Program-made: the position numbers and the translations under genes
Source of the DNA: Pseudomonas aeruginosa PAO1
Lineage (GTDB): Bacteria; Pseudomonadota; Gammaproteobacteria; Pseudomonadales; Pseudomonadaceae
Length of the DNA stretch: 64,000 nucleotides
Direction: 5' to 3' (one strand)
Assembly (NCBI RefSeq): GCF_000006765.1
Contig: NC_002516.2
The notes under the pieces: model-generated
Told to the model about the DNA's origin: nothing
The model's database searches: none
The model's input: the letters and a program-made list of their open reading frames with translations, nothing else
Shown here: in pieces, positions 26,506 through 37,262 of the stretch
How the letters are laid out: every line of letters begins with the position of its first letter
Position numbering within the stretch: position 1 is the stretch's first letter

Positions 26506-28334
26506 GGGGACTCCTTCCGTTGCAGCCAGGGACGTGCCTTGGTGTCTTGCTGGGCGAAGCGGTAGCCGAGCGCGTTCAGACCGTCGAAGTCGCGACTGAA
26601 GGTGTCTCCCAGGCCCTGGCCGCTGCCGGCCAGGACGGCGTGTGCGCTGTCGATGGGTTGCAGGATGAACTCGCCGGAGCGGGTTCCTCCGGCTTGCCCG
26701 CGCACCAGCAGGAAGCCGTCTTCGATCCTGATGCTCAGGCCGTTCAGGTAGCTGTGCCGGCCCGTGCTGGCGACGCGGTAGGTGCCGACGGCTTCGGTCC
26801 AGGCCTGGGGCAGGGATGTCGGCTCGATGCGCTCGCCGAGGTAGGCGGTCTGGTCGTGGCGGCGGGACACCAGGATTCGGCGTTGGCCGTAGCTGACCAC
26901 GTCCAGTTGCAACTGTCCGGCGCTGTCCACGCCGACAGGCCAGAACCCCAGCAGTCTTTTTCTCATCTGCAGCCAGCCCGAGGTGTCGCGCAACAGTTCC
27001 ACGCGTTGTTCGCCGAAATCCGCGTACAGGCGACCCCTGCGCTCGTACAGGCGAATCTGGCCTTGGCGGGTTGCGTAGCGACCGTATAGCTGTCGCCGGT
27101 CCTCCGGGCTCGGCACCTCCAGTGCGGGGGCGCGCGCGGGGGTGGGCTGTACGGCGGGGCGACGAGCGCCCTGTTTGACCTGCAGCATGAGCGACGCCGC
27201 TTGCCGGGCCAGGGAGGCAGTGAGCGACCCGCTGTCATCGGCGTTGCTCATGACAATGGCGGCGAGGCGCTGTTCCGGCAGCAGAATCAGATGGGCGCTG
27301 AATCCTGGGGTGGCGCTGGCGTACTCATAGTGACGGATGCCTCCTTCCAGCGGCGCGGAGCCGCACGGGCTGAGGAACCAGGCCAGGCCCACCTGGCAGT
27401 CGAAGTCCAGGGCATTGCCGGCGTTCTGCTGGCGGAACATCTCCTCGACGGAGTGTTTCCTGAGAAGCTGGCGCTCCTTGTGGCGCCCGTTGGCGAACAG
27501 CATGCGGACGAAGCGGCTGAGGTCGACCGGGCTGCTCCACAGATCGTTGACCGGGAGGTCGCTGGCGGAGCCGGGGCGACCGCCGCCGCTGTAGCCGTGG
27601 GCGCGTTGCGCCTGGGGCAGGGCGTTCCTGGCGAAGCTGGAGCGAGTCATCTGCAAAGGGTCCAGCAGGTGCTCGCGCATGTGCTGCTCGAAGTGCTTTC
27701 CGGTGTTGCGCTCGATGGCCGCGCCGACCAGTTCGTAGCCAAGGTTGGAATGGGCGACCTGGGTTCCCGGCGGATTGCTCAGCCAGACACCGGATACTTT
27801 CGCCGGCAGTTGGCCGAGTGAGTTCGGGCGTTCGCCGAACAGGGGCGGCAGGTGTTCGCCAGGAAGGCCGGACTGATGGCTGAGCAGCCGGCGGAAAGTG
27901 ATCGCGCGATCCGCCTCGCTCTGGTCGGCATGGAAGCGTGAGCGTACGTAGAACTCGCGCAAGGTGTCCTGGAGCGGAGCGTCGAGAGAGAGTTGGCCGC
28001 GTTCGGCCAGTTGCAGGGTCGCGCTGGCGATCAGTAGCTTGGACAGGTCGCCGGCGTGGAATGCGGTGTGCTCGCTGGCGTTGATCCTGTGCTGTCGGTC
28101 GGCATAGCCGAAACCGCGGGCCCAGACCAGTTGCTGGTCGTCGACCAATGCCAGGGCCAGGCCGGGCACGTCCTGCCTTTCCATTTCCCGGCGGATGTGG
28201 CGTTGCAGATAGTCGATGACCTCGCCGTAGTTGCCCACGGCGGCGCTCGGCGCTGGCGGGGCGGGCGGCAGTCCGTGGCAGCCGCTGGTGCCGAGCAGGC
28301 AGCCGAGAAGGGAAAGATGCATTGCACGAAACAT
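26502..28334 (-). CDS. Exported serine beta-lactamase-fold protein with degenerate active site (PA1797/MipB-like)
   Basis: VPGLALALV, FRRLLSHQSGLP, PPGTQVAHSNLGY and LWSSPVDLSRF of the class C/esterase fold; N-terminal signal with possible lipobox TSGC. Confidence 0.85.
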   Translation of the reverse strand: MFRAMHLSLLGCLLGTSGCHGLPPAPPAPSAAVGNYGEVIDYLQRHIRREMERQDVPGLALALVDDQQLVWARGFGYADRQHRINASEHTAFHAGDLSKLLIASATLQLAERGQLSLDAPLQDTLREFYVRSRFHADQSEADRAITFRRLLSHQSGLPGEHLPPLFGERPNSLGQLPAKVSGVWLSNPPGTQVAHSNLGYELVGAAIERNTGKHFEQHMREHLLDPLQMTRSSFARNALPQAQRAHGYSGGGRPGSASDLPVNDLWSSPVDLSRFVRMLFANGRHKERQLLRKHSVEEMFRQQNAGNALDFDCQVGLAWFLSPCGSAPLEGGIRHYEYASATPGFSAHLILLPEQRLAAIVMSNADDSGSLTASLARQAASLMLQVKQGARRPAVQPTPARAPALEVPSPEDRRQLYGRYATRQGQIRLYERRGRLYADFGEQRVELLRDTSGWLQMRKRLLGFWPVGVDSAGQLQLDVVSYGQRRILVSRRHDQTAYLGERIEPTSLPQAWTEAVGTYRVASTGRHSYLNGLSIRIEDGFLLVRGQAGGTRSGEFILQPIDSAHAVLAGSGQGLGDTFSRDFDGLNALGYRFAQQDTKARPWLQRKESP

Positions 28335-28390
28335 GGAACACCTGGCGGAAAGGCGAGGTGTCCCATGCTAGGGCGGGCCTGGCTGGCAGT

Positions 28391-28428
28391 CCTTACGGCT
28401 TTGTCAGCAATCTGTGAAAGATTGTTAA
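28391..28428 (-). promoter_or_regulatory. Candidate OmpR-family (ParR) tandem binding repeats
   Basis: TTAACA / TTCACA / CTGACA / GTAAGG at 10-11 bp spacing on the minus strand, upstream of the beta-lactamase-fold gene. Confidence 0.45.
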
Positions 28429-28438
28429 GCCTCCGCTG

Positions 28439-29725
28439 TCAACGGGGTCGCTCCCAGGTCAGGCGGAAGGAGGCGCCTCCCTGCGGCGTTTCCAGCGCTT
28501 CCGCATAGCCGCCGTGCCATTGCGCGACCCGGTGGACGATCGCCAGGCCCAGGCCGAAGCCGCCGGTGCTGCGATCGCGGCTGTCGTCCAGGCGCGAAAA
28601 GGGTTCGAAGATCTTCTGCCGGGCGTCCGCCGGTATCCCGGGGCCGTCGTCGTTGACCCGTATCTGACAGCTGTCGCCTTGATCGAGGAGGGCGATTTCG
28701 ACGCGCGAGTGTGCGTGGCGAATGGCGTTGCGCAGCAGGTTGATCACTGCGCGCGCCATGAAGCGAGGCTCGATGCGGATCTGTTCGACCTGGCAGGCGC
28801 TGATCTCGCAGGTGACTCCGGCGGCTTCGGCTTCCAGGGCGACGTCGGCGACGACGCTATCCAGCCAGCTCGCGGCGTCGACGATTTCCCGGTGGCTCCC
28901 GACGTTGCCGTGCTCCAGGCGGGCGTAGGTCAGCAGTTCGGAGACCATTTCCTCCAGTTCGCCGAGATCGGCGCGCATGTCCTCTATCAGGTCGTGGCGT
29001 ACTTCGGCGTCGACCTGCTTGTTCAATTGCTCGAGTTCGAAGGACAGGCGGGAGATCGGCGTGCGCAATTCGTGGGATACCGCGTTGGTCAGTTCACGCT
29101 GGTTGCTGATCAGGCTTTCGATGCGGTCGGCCATCTGGTTGAAGTGCTGGGCCAGGGTGCGGATGTCGGAGCGTCGGAAAATGCGCGTGCGCGATGACAG
29201 GTCGCCGTCGCCGAAGCGTTGCGCGGCCAGGCGCAGGGTCTCGAGGTCGCGCCAGTGCGGGCGGACCCATACCAGCAGGGCGATGCCGACCAGCACGCCG
29301 AGCAGGATGTAGGCCAGCACGGTGAATAGTGGGGTCAGCGAGGGTTCCGGCGGCAGCTTGATGTCGAGCAGTTGCGGGCCCGCGTCGATGCGGCTGATGA
29401 ATTCCGTGAAGTCCTCGCGTACCACCAGCAGGTTCTTGTCGAGGAGGGCCTGCTCTTCCTGCGTCAGCTTCGCCTGCCTGGCATCCGTCAGGCTCAGCTC
29501 GAGCCCGTAGTGGGGACGCCAGTCTTCGAGCTGTCGCTGGCGTCCGGCCTGGTCCAGCGGGGCCAGCTTTTCCACCAGCGAATAGGCCTGGCCGCGAACG
29601 GCGTCGCGGTGATAGTTCTCGACGATGCTGTCGTAGAACGCGTCGATGACATGGTCGACCACGAAGATCGCGGCGGCGAACCCCAGGGCCAGCAGCAGGT
29701 AGAGGCGCAGGAACAGGCGCAGCAT
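28439..29725 (-). CDS. parS: Sensor histidine kinase ParS
   Basis: Two TM helices, [24 protein letters not shown] and GGFGLGL. Confidence 0.9.
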   Translation of the reverse strand: MLRLFLRLYLLLALGFAAAIFVVDHVIDAFYDSIVENYHRDAVRGQAYSLVEKLAPLDQAGRQRQLEDWRPHYGLELSLTDARQAKLTQEEQALLDKNLLVVREDFTEFISRIDAGPQLLDIKLPPEPSLTPLFTVLAYILLGVLVGIALLVWVRPHWRDLETLRLAAQRFGDGDLSSRTRIFRRSDIRTLAQHFNQMADRIESLISNQRELTNAVSHELRTPISRLSFELEQLNKQVDAEVRHDLIEDMRADLGELEEMVSELLTYARLEHGNVGSHREIVDAASWLDSVVADVALEAEAAGVTCEISACQVEQIRIEPRFMARAVINLLRNAIRHAHSRVEIALLDQGDSCQIRVNDDGPGIPADARQKIFEPFSRLDDSRDRSTGGFGLGLAIVHRVAQWHGGYAEALETPQGGASFRLTWERPR

Positions 29726-30433
29726 TCAGAGCTCCCAGCCCAGCGGGTTGAACAGGTAGCCCTTGCCCCAGACAGTCTTGATCCGGACCGGCTCGCGCGG
29801 ATTGTCCTTCAGTTTATTGCGCAGCTTGCTGATGCAGACGTCGACGCTGCGGTTCAGGCCGTCGAAACCGATGCCGCGGATCTGGTTGAGGATCTCGTCG
29901 CGGGAAAGTATTTCCCCTGCCTGGCTGGCCAGCAGCCAGAGCAGCTCGAACTCCATCGTGGTCAGTTCGATGCCGAGGCCTTCGAGTTCCGCTTCGCGCC
30001 GCCGTCGGTCGATGTTCAGCTTGCCGAATGTCAGGCTTTCCGGGGACGCGGGAAGGGGCGCGTGCCGGCGCATCAGGGCGCGCAGGCGGGCGAGCAGCAC
30101 CGGTGGCTCGATCGGCTTGATCACGTAGTCGTCGGCGCCGGACTCCAGGCCGAGGATGTGATCGAGATCGTCCTCCTGGGCGGTGAGTATGAGGATCGGC
30201 AGGTTCGCGACCCGGCGGATCTCCCGGCACACCTGCAGACCATTCTGTCCGGGGAGCATGAGGTCGAGAACCACCACTTGCGGCTTGAAGTCGAGGAAGG
30301 CGGCGAACGCGGCATCACCGCGATGCACCTGGCGCACTTCGAAACCATGCTGGGAAAGGAAACTGGCGATCAGGCGGGCGAGCTTCTGGTCGTCTTCGAC
30401 GAGCAATACCTTGCTGAGGGTAGGGCAGTCCAT
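29726..30433 (-). CDS. parR: OmpR-family response regulator ParR
   Basis: VEDD, LDLMLPG, YVIKP, winged helix IKTVWGKGY; abuts parS. Confidence 0.9.
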   Translation of the reverse strand: MDCPTLSKVLLVEDDQKLARLIASFLSQHGFEVRQVHRGDAAFAAFLDFKPQVVVLDLMLPGQNGLQVCREIRRVANLPILILTAQEDDLDHILGLESGADDYVIKPIEPPVLLARLRALMRRHAPLPASPESLTFGKLNIDRRRREAELEGLGIELTTMEFELLWLLASQAGEILSRDEILNQIRGIGFDGLNRSVDVCISKLRNKLKDNPREPVRIKTVWGKGYLFNPLGWEL

Positions 30434-30574
30434 AGGGTTTCATCGGTCGGAGCGGAATCGGCTGGCATTATATGCGCCCGCTTCCGGCGAAGCTCCAGCG
30501 ACTCGTTCGAGATCGGGCTGCGATCGGCGGAAGCGGCCGGAAACACCCCGGGGATCCGCCTGCACCCTGGCGGG

Positions 30575-30603
30575 GTGACTTCTGCTTTTCCCTCTACTAG
30601 AAT
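30575..30603 (+). promoter_or_regulatory. Candidate sigma-70 promoter of tig
   Basis: GTGACT-N17-TAGAAT. Confidence 0.5.
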
Positions 30604-30664
30604 GCATGCCCTTGATTCTGGGAGCCGGAAGGACCGGCTTACGTCTGTGCAACGAGGAATATCC

Positions 30665-31975
30665 ATGCAAGTTTCTGTTGAAAGCACTTCCGCTCTTGAG
30701 CGCCGCATGACCGTTGGTGTGCCTGCCGAGCGTATCGAGACCGAAGTCAACAAGCGTCTGCAGCAGACCGCCCGTCGTGCCAAGATTCCAGGTTTCCGCC
30801 CCGGCAAGGTGCCGATGAGTGTCATTCGTCAGCGCTACGAAGCTTCCGCGCGCCAGGAAGCCATGGGCGATCTGATCCAGGAAACCTTCTACGAAGCCGT
30901 GGTCGAGCAGAAGCTGAATCCGGCCGGTTCGCCGTCGGTAGAGCCCAAGTCCTTCGAGAAAGGCAAGGACCTGGAATACATCGCAACCTTCGAAGTCTTC
31001 CCGGAATTTACCGTTTCCGGCCTGGAAGACATCAAGGTCGAGCGCCTGCAGGCCGAAGTTTCCGATGCTGATGTCGACAATATGCTCGACGTCCTGCGCA
31101 AGCAGAACACCCGTTTCGAAGTAGTCGAGCGTGCCGCCCAGAACGATGACCAGTTGAACATCGACTTCGTCGGCAAGATCGACGGCGAAGCCTTCGCCGG
31201 CGGTTCCGCCAAAGGCACCCTGCTGGTACTGGGCTCCGGTCGCATGATCGCCGGCTTCGAAGAAGGGCTGGTGGGGGCGAAGGCCGGTGAAGAGCGTGTG
31301 CTCAACCTGACCTTCCCCGAGGACTACCAGAACCTGGACCTGGCCAACAAGGCTGCCGAGTTCACCGTTACCGTCAATAGCGTAGCCGAGCCCAAGCTGC
31401 CGGAACTGAACGAAGAGTTCTTCGCTCTGTTCGGCGTGAAGGAAACCGGTCTCGATGGCTTCCGCGCCGAAGTGCAGAAGAACATGGAGCGCGAGCTGCG
31501 CCAGGCGATCAAGTCCAAGGTCAAGAACCAGGTCATGGAAGGTCTGCTGCAGGCCAACCCGATCGAAGTGCCCAAGGCCCTGATCGGCAACGAAGTGAAC
31601 CGTCTGCGCGTGCAGGCCGTCCAGCAGTTCGGCGGCAACATCAAGCCTGACCAACTGCCGGCCGAGCTGTTCGAAGAGCAGGCCAAGCGCCGTGTGGTGC
31701 TGGGCCTGATCGTCGCCGAAGTGGTCAAGCAGCACGAGCTGAAGGCCGACGAAGGTCGCGTTCGCGAAATGATCGAGGAAATGGCCTCGGCCTACCAGGA
31801 GCCCGAGCAGGTCGTCGCCTGGTACTTCAAGAACGAGCCCCAGCTGAACGAAGTCCGTTCTGTTGTACTGGAAGAACAAGTCGTAGATACTGTCCTGCAA
31901 AAGGCCACTGTGACCGATAAGCAGGTATCCTACGAAGAAGCGGTCAAGCCGGCCGAAGCTCCGCAAGCGGCCTGA
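30665..31975 (+). CDS. tig: Trigger factor
   Basis: [14 protein letters not shown], ribosome-binding motif GFRPGKVP and FKBP domain; GAGGA RBS (436 aa). Confidence 0.97.
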   Translation: MQVSVESTSALERRMTVGVPAERIETEVNKRLQQTARRAKIPGFRPGKVPMSVIRQRYEASARQEAMGDLIQETFYEAVVEQKLNPAGSPSVEPKSFEKGKDLEYIATFEVFPEFTVSGLEDIKVERLQAEVSDADVDNMLDVLRKQNTRFEVVERAAQNDDQLNIDFVGKIDGEAFAGGSAKGTLLVLGSGRMIAGFEEGLVGAKAGEERVLNLTFPEDYQNLDLANKAAEFTVTVNSVAEPKLPELNEEFFALFGVKETGLDGFRAEVQKNMERELRQAIKSKVKNQVMEGLLQANPIEVPKALIGNEVNRLRVQAVQQFGGNIKPDQLPAELFEEQAKRRVVLGLIVAEVVKQHELKADEGRVREMIEEMASAYQEPEQVVAWYFKNEPQLNEVRSVVLEEQVVDTVLQKATVTDKQVSYEEAVKPAEAPQAA

Positions 31976-31997
31976 TTCGTTCCTCTCGTTCGAATCC

Positions 31998-32025
31998 CAC
32001 AAGCCAGCCTTAGTGCTGGCTTGTG
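31998..32025 (+). terminator. Hairpin between tig and clpP
   Basis: CACAAGCCAGC-N6-GCTGGCTTGTG with only a weak U tract. Confidence 0.5.
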
Positions 32026-32068
32026 CGTCTTTGAGGCTTCACTATCTGTTAGGGAGTGATCGCAAGAC

Positions 32069-32710
32069 ATGTCTCGCAACTCTTTTATTCCGCACGTTCC
32101 CGATATCCAGGCCGCCGGTGGCCTGGTGCCCATGGTGGTGGAGCAGTCCGCCCGCGGCGAGCGCGCCTACGACATCTATTCGCGCCTGCTGAAGGAGCGG
32201 ATCATCTTCCTGGTCGGCCAGGTCGAGGACTACATGGCCAACCTGGTGGTTGCTCAGTTGCTGTTCCTGGAGGCTGAAAATCCCGAGAAGGACATTCATC
32301 TCTACATCAACTCGCCGGGTGGTTCGGTGACTGCCGGGATGTCCATCTACGACACCATGCAGTTCATCAAGCCCAACGTCTCGACCACCTGTATCGGCCA
32401 GGCGTGCAGCATGGGTGCCCTGCTGCTTGCGGGCGGTGCCGCCGGCAAGCGCTACTGCCTGCCGCATTCGCGGATGATGATCCACCAGCCGCTGGGCGGT
32501 TTCCAGGGCCAGGCCTCGGATATCGAGATCCATGCCAAGGAAATCCTCTTCATCAAGGAGCGTCTGAACCAGATCCTGGCGCACCACACCGGCCAGCCCC
32601 TGGACGTCATTGCCCGCGATACCGATCGTGACCGCTTTATGAGCGGTGACGAAGCCGTCAAGTATGGCCTGATCGACAAGGTCATGACCCAGCGCGACCT
32701 GGCCGTCTAA
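32069..32710 (+). CDS. clpP: ATP-dependent Clp protease proteolytic subunit (ClpP1)
   Basis: [26 protein letters not shown] and MIHQPLGG. Confidence 0.97.
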
Positions 32711-32754
32711 GGCTCCGCAATACTGGCGGTCGAGACATTCGGCCGCCTCGTGGG

Positions 32755-32783
32755 CTTGAAAATGCCCACAATTGCCTTCATCT
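32755..32783 (+). promoter_or_regulatory. Candidate sigma-32 promoter of clpX
   Basis: CTTGAA-N15-CTTCATCT against the consensus CTTGAA-N13-17-CCCCATnT. Confidence 0.55.
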
Positions 32784-32814
32784 TGTGTTTGAAGCTACCC
32801 ATTGGATCGATCGA

Positions 32815-34095
<1,281 letters not shown>

Positions 34096-34102
34096 AAGAG
34101 CA

Positions 34103-34127
34103 GGGGCCTTCGGGCCCCTTTTCTTTT
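34103..34127 (+). terminator. Intrinsic terminator after clpX
   Basis: GGGGCC-TTCG-GGCCCC followed by TTTTCTTTT. Confidence 0.85.
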
Positions 34128-34139
34128 CCGACTGGCACG

Positions 34140-34168
34140 CTTGTTTTTTCCCGGGCCTAACCCCATCT
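34140..34168 (+). promoter_or_regulatory. Candidate sigma-32 promoter of lon
   Basis: CTTGTT-N15-CCCCATCT. Confidence 0.6.
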
Positions 34169-34226
34169 TAGGCTGAAAGGTCTTCCTATCTGTTTCGTGG
34201 CCAAGTGCCGCTGTAGAGCCGACATT

Positions 34227-36623
34227 ATGAAAACACTCGTCGAATTGCCCTTGCTGCCGCTACGTGACGTGGTGGTGTACCCGCACATGGTCATCCCGTT
34301 GTTCGTCGGTCGGGAAAAGTCCATCGAGGCCCTGGAGGCAGCGATGACCGGCGACAAGCAAATCCTCCTGCTGGCGCAGAAAAACCCCGCGGACGATGAT
34401 CCGGGCGAAGATGGCCTGTACCGCATGGGTACGGTCGCTACCGTGCTGCAGTTGCTCAAGCTGCCGGATGGCACCGTCAAGGTGCTGGTCGAAGGCGAGC
34501 AGCGCGGCCAGGTCGAGCGCTTCATCGAGGAAGAAGGGCACATTCGTGCCGCGGTCCAGGCCATCGACGACGCCAATGTCGGCGAGCGCGAGGCCGAGGT
34601 CTTCACTCGCAGCCTGCTGAGCCAGTTCGAGCAATACGTCCAGTTGGGCAAGAAAGTCCCCGCCGAGGTGCTTTCCTCGCTGAACAGCATCGACGAGCCG
34701 AGCAGGCTGGTCGATACCATGGCCGCGCACATGGCGCTGAAGATCGAGCAGAAGCAGGACATCCTGGAGATCACCGACCTGTCGTCGCGGGTCGAGCATG
34801 TCCTGGCGCTGCTGGATGCCGAGATCGACCTGCTGCAGGTGGAAAAGCGTATCCGCGGCCGGGTCAAGAAGCAGATGGAGCGCAGCCAGCGCGAGTACTA
34901 CCTGAATGAGCAGATGAAGGCCATTCAGAAGGAACTCGGCGATATCGACGAAGGGCACAACGAAGTCGAGGAGCTGAAGAAGCGCATCGACGCTGCCGGC
35001 CTGACCAAGGAGGCGCACACCAAGGCCACTGCCGAGCTGAACAAGCTCAAGCAGATGTCGCCGATGTCGGCGGAAGCCACCGTGGTGCGTTCCTACATAG
35101 ACTGGCTGCTGAACGTGCCGTGGAAGGCCGAGAGCAAGGTGCGCCATGATCTCGCCAAGGCGGAAGACATCCTCGATGCCGACCATTATGGCCTGGAAGA
35201 GGTCAAGGAGCGCATTCTCGAGTATCTCGCCGTGCAAAAGCGGGTGAAGAAGCTCAAGGGCCCGGTCCTTTGCCTGGTGGGACCGCCCGGCGTGGGCAAG
35301 ACCTCCCTGGCCGAATCCATCGCCCGCGCCACCAATCGCAAGTTCGTGCGCATGGCGCTCGGCGGCGTGCGTGACGAGGCCGAGATCCGCGGTCACCGTC
35401 GTACCTATATCGGCTCCATGCCGGGCCGCCTGATCCAGAAGATGACCAAGGTCGGCGTGCGCAACCCGCTGTTCCTCCTCGACGAAATCGACAAGATGGG
35501 CAGCGACATGCGCGGGGATCCCGCCTCGGCGCTGCTCGAGGTGCTCGACCCGGAGCAGAACCACAACTTCAACGATCACTACCTGGAAGTCGACTACGAC
35601 CTGTCCGACGTGATGTTCCTCTGCACCGCGAACTCGATGAACATCCCGGCGCCCCTGCTGGATCGGATGGAAGTCATCCGCCTGCCGGGCTACACCGAGG
35701 ACGAGAAGGTCAATATCGCCGCCAAGTACCTGATTCCGAAGCAGGTCCAGGCCAACGGCCTGAAGAAGGGCGAGCTGACCTTCGAGGAAGGCGCCCTGCG
35801 CGACATCATTCGCTACTACACCCGCGAAGCCGGGGTGCGCAGCCTCGAGCGGCAGATCGCCAAGGTCTGCCGCAAGGCGGTGAAGGAGCATGCCAAGCTC
35901 AAGCGTATCCAGGCGGTGGTGTCCAGCGAGACGCTGGAGAACTACCTCGGCGTGCGCAAGTTCCGTTATGGCCTCGCCGAACAGCAGGACCAGATCGGCC
36001 AGGTGACCGGGCTGGCCTGGACCCAGGTCGGCGGCGAGCTGCTTACCATCGAGGCGGCCGTGGTACCCGGCAAGGGCCAGTTGACCAAGACCGGATCGCT
36101 GGGCGACGTGATGGCGGAATCGATCACCGCGGCGTTGACCGTGGTGCGCAGCCGCGCCCAGAGCCTAGGAATCGCGGCGGACTTCCACGAGAAGCGTGAC
36201 ATCCATATCCACGTTCCGGAAGGCGCTACGCCGAAGGATGGCCCGAGCGCAGGCATCGGCATGTGCACGGCGCTGGTTTCGGCGATCACGCAGATCCCGG
36301 TGCGCGCCGACGTGGCAATGACCGGGGAGATCACCCTGCGTGGGCAGGTGCTGGCGATCGGCGGGCTGAAAGAAAAACTTTTGGCGGCGCACCGCGGCGG
36401 GATCAAGACGGTGATCATTCCCGAGGAAAATGTTCGCGACCTGAAGGAAATTCCGGACAATATTAAGAGTGATCTGGTTATTAAACCGGTTAAATGGATT
36501 GACGAAGTCCTGCAAATTGCGCTGCAATACGCCCCGGAGCCCTTGCCCGATGCGGCTCCGGAGATGGTTGCAAAGGATGAAAAACGCGAGCCTGATTCCA
36601 AGGAGCGAATTAGCACGCATTAG
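34227..36623 (+). CDS. lon: Lon protease
   Basis: [25 protein letters not shown] and PKDGPSAG; ATG at 34227 (798 aa). Confidence 0.97.
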   Translation: MKTLVELPLLPLRDVVVYPHMVIPLFVGREKSIEALEAAMTGDKQILLLAQKNPADDDPGEDGLYRMGTVATVLQLLKLPDGTVKVLVEGEQRGQVERFIEEEGHIRAAVQAIDDANVGEREAEVFTRSLLSQFEQYVQLGKKVPAEVLSSLNSIDEPSRLVDTMAAHMALKIEQKQDILEITDLSSRVEHVLALLDAEIDLLQVEKRIRGRVKKQMERSQREYYLNEQMKAIQKELGDIDEGHNEVEELKKRIDAAGLTKEAHTKATAELNKLKQMSPMSAEATVVRSYIDWLLNVPWKAESKVRHDLAKAEDILDADHYGLEEVKERILEYLAVQKRVKKLKGPVLCLVGPPGVGKTSLAESIARATNRKFVRMALGGVRDEAEIRGHRRTYIGSMPGRLIQKMTKVGVRNPLFLLDEIDKMGSDMRGDPASALLEVLDPEQNHNFNDHYLEVDYDLSDVMFLCTANSMNIPAPLLDRMEVIRLPGYTEDEKVNIAAKYLIPKQVQANGLKKGELTFEEGALRDIIRYYTREAGVRSLERQIAKVCRKAVKEHAKLKRIQAVVSSETLENYLGVRKFRYGLAEQQDQIGQVTGLAWTQVGGELLTIEAAVVPGKGQLTKTGSLGDVMAESITAALTVVRSRAQSLGIAADFHEKRDIHIHVPEGATPKDGPSAGIGMCTALVSAITQIPVRADVAMTGEITLRGQVLAIGGLKEKLLAAHRGGIKTVIIPEENVRDLKEIPDNIKSDLVIKPVKWIDEVLQIALQYAPEPLPDAAPEMVAKDEKREPDSKERISTH

Positions 36624-36636
36624 TCGGTAGGTATTC

Positions 36637-36666
36637 TTGACACTGTTTTTGGGCCCTTGTTATAAA
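36637..36666 (+). promoter_or_regulatory. Sigma-70 promoter of hupB
   Basis: TTGACA-N18-TATAAA. Confidence 0.7.
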
Positions 36667-36758
36667 GCGGCACTTGCTGAGTCAGTTGGCCTACCAGCGC
36701 AGAATTTCCTTACACCTAACACATAGAAACATACTCAACAGAAATAAGGGGACTTAGA

Positions 36759-37031
36759 GTGAACAAGTCGGAACTGATCGATGCAATTGCCGCATCTGCT
36801 GATATCCCGAAAGCTGTTGCCGGTCGCGCACTGGACGCAGTGATCGAGTCCGTCACTGGCGCCCTGAAGGCTGGTGACTCCGTCGTGCTGGTTGGTTTCG
36901 GCACCTTCGCTGTCAAAGAGCGCGCTGCTCGCACCGGTCGCAACCCGCAAACTGGCAAGCCGATCAAGATCGCCGCTGCCAAGATCCCGGGCTTCAAAGC
37001 CGGTAAAGCCCTGAAGGATGCTGTCAACTAA
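36759..37031 (+). CDS. hupB: DNA-binding protein HU-beta
   Basis: MNKSELID...GFGTF...GRNPQTG...FKAGKALK. Confidence 0.97.
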   Translation: MNKSELIDAIAASADIPKAVAGRALDAVIESVTGALKAGDSVVLVGFGTFAVKERAARTGRNPQTGKPIKIAAAKIPGFKAGKALKDAVN

Positions 37032-37082
37032 GCGTCTTTTTGGACTCGATCTACCCAGGTCGGCCAAGGCTGGCCTGGCTGC

Positions 37083-37159
37083 GGAGCGGTAGTTCAGTCG
37101 GTTAGAATACCGGCCTGTCACGCCGGGGGTCGCGGGTTCGAGTCCCGTCCGCTCCGCCA
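37083..37159 (+). tRNA. tRNA-Asp(GUC)
   Basis: CCGGC-CTGTCAC-GCCGG anticodon arm; GTTCGAGTCC; CCA end. Confidence 0.96.
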
Positions 37160-37166
37160 GTTACGA

Positions 37167-37195
37167 GAAGGCGCATCCTCGGATGCGCCTTTCTT
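37167..37195 (+). terminator. Terminator after tRNA-Asp
   Basis: AAGGCGCATCC-TC-GGATGCGCCTT followed by TCTT. Confidence 0.8.
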
Positions 37196-37262
37196 ATATC
37201 CGCATCTCTTACCCACGCCGCGCCGCCCAAGACGGCTGGTCGTGGCAGTTTTTGGGGGCTGC

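Noticed and set aside
29372-30664. Apparent N-terminal extension of trigger factor (867-aa ORF)
   Set aside because: The extension is antisense to parR/parS. The real start, MQVSVE, with its RBS is at 30665.
34133-34148. TGGCACGC upstream of lon resembling a sigma-54 -24 element
   Set aside because: There is no TTGC at the -12 position; the sigma-32 reading fits better.
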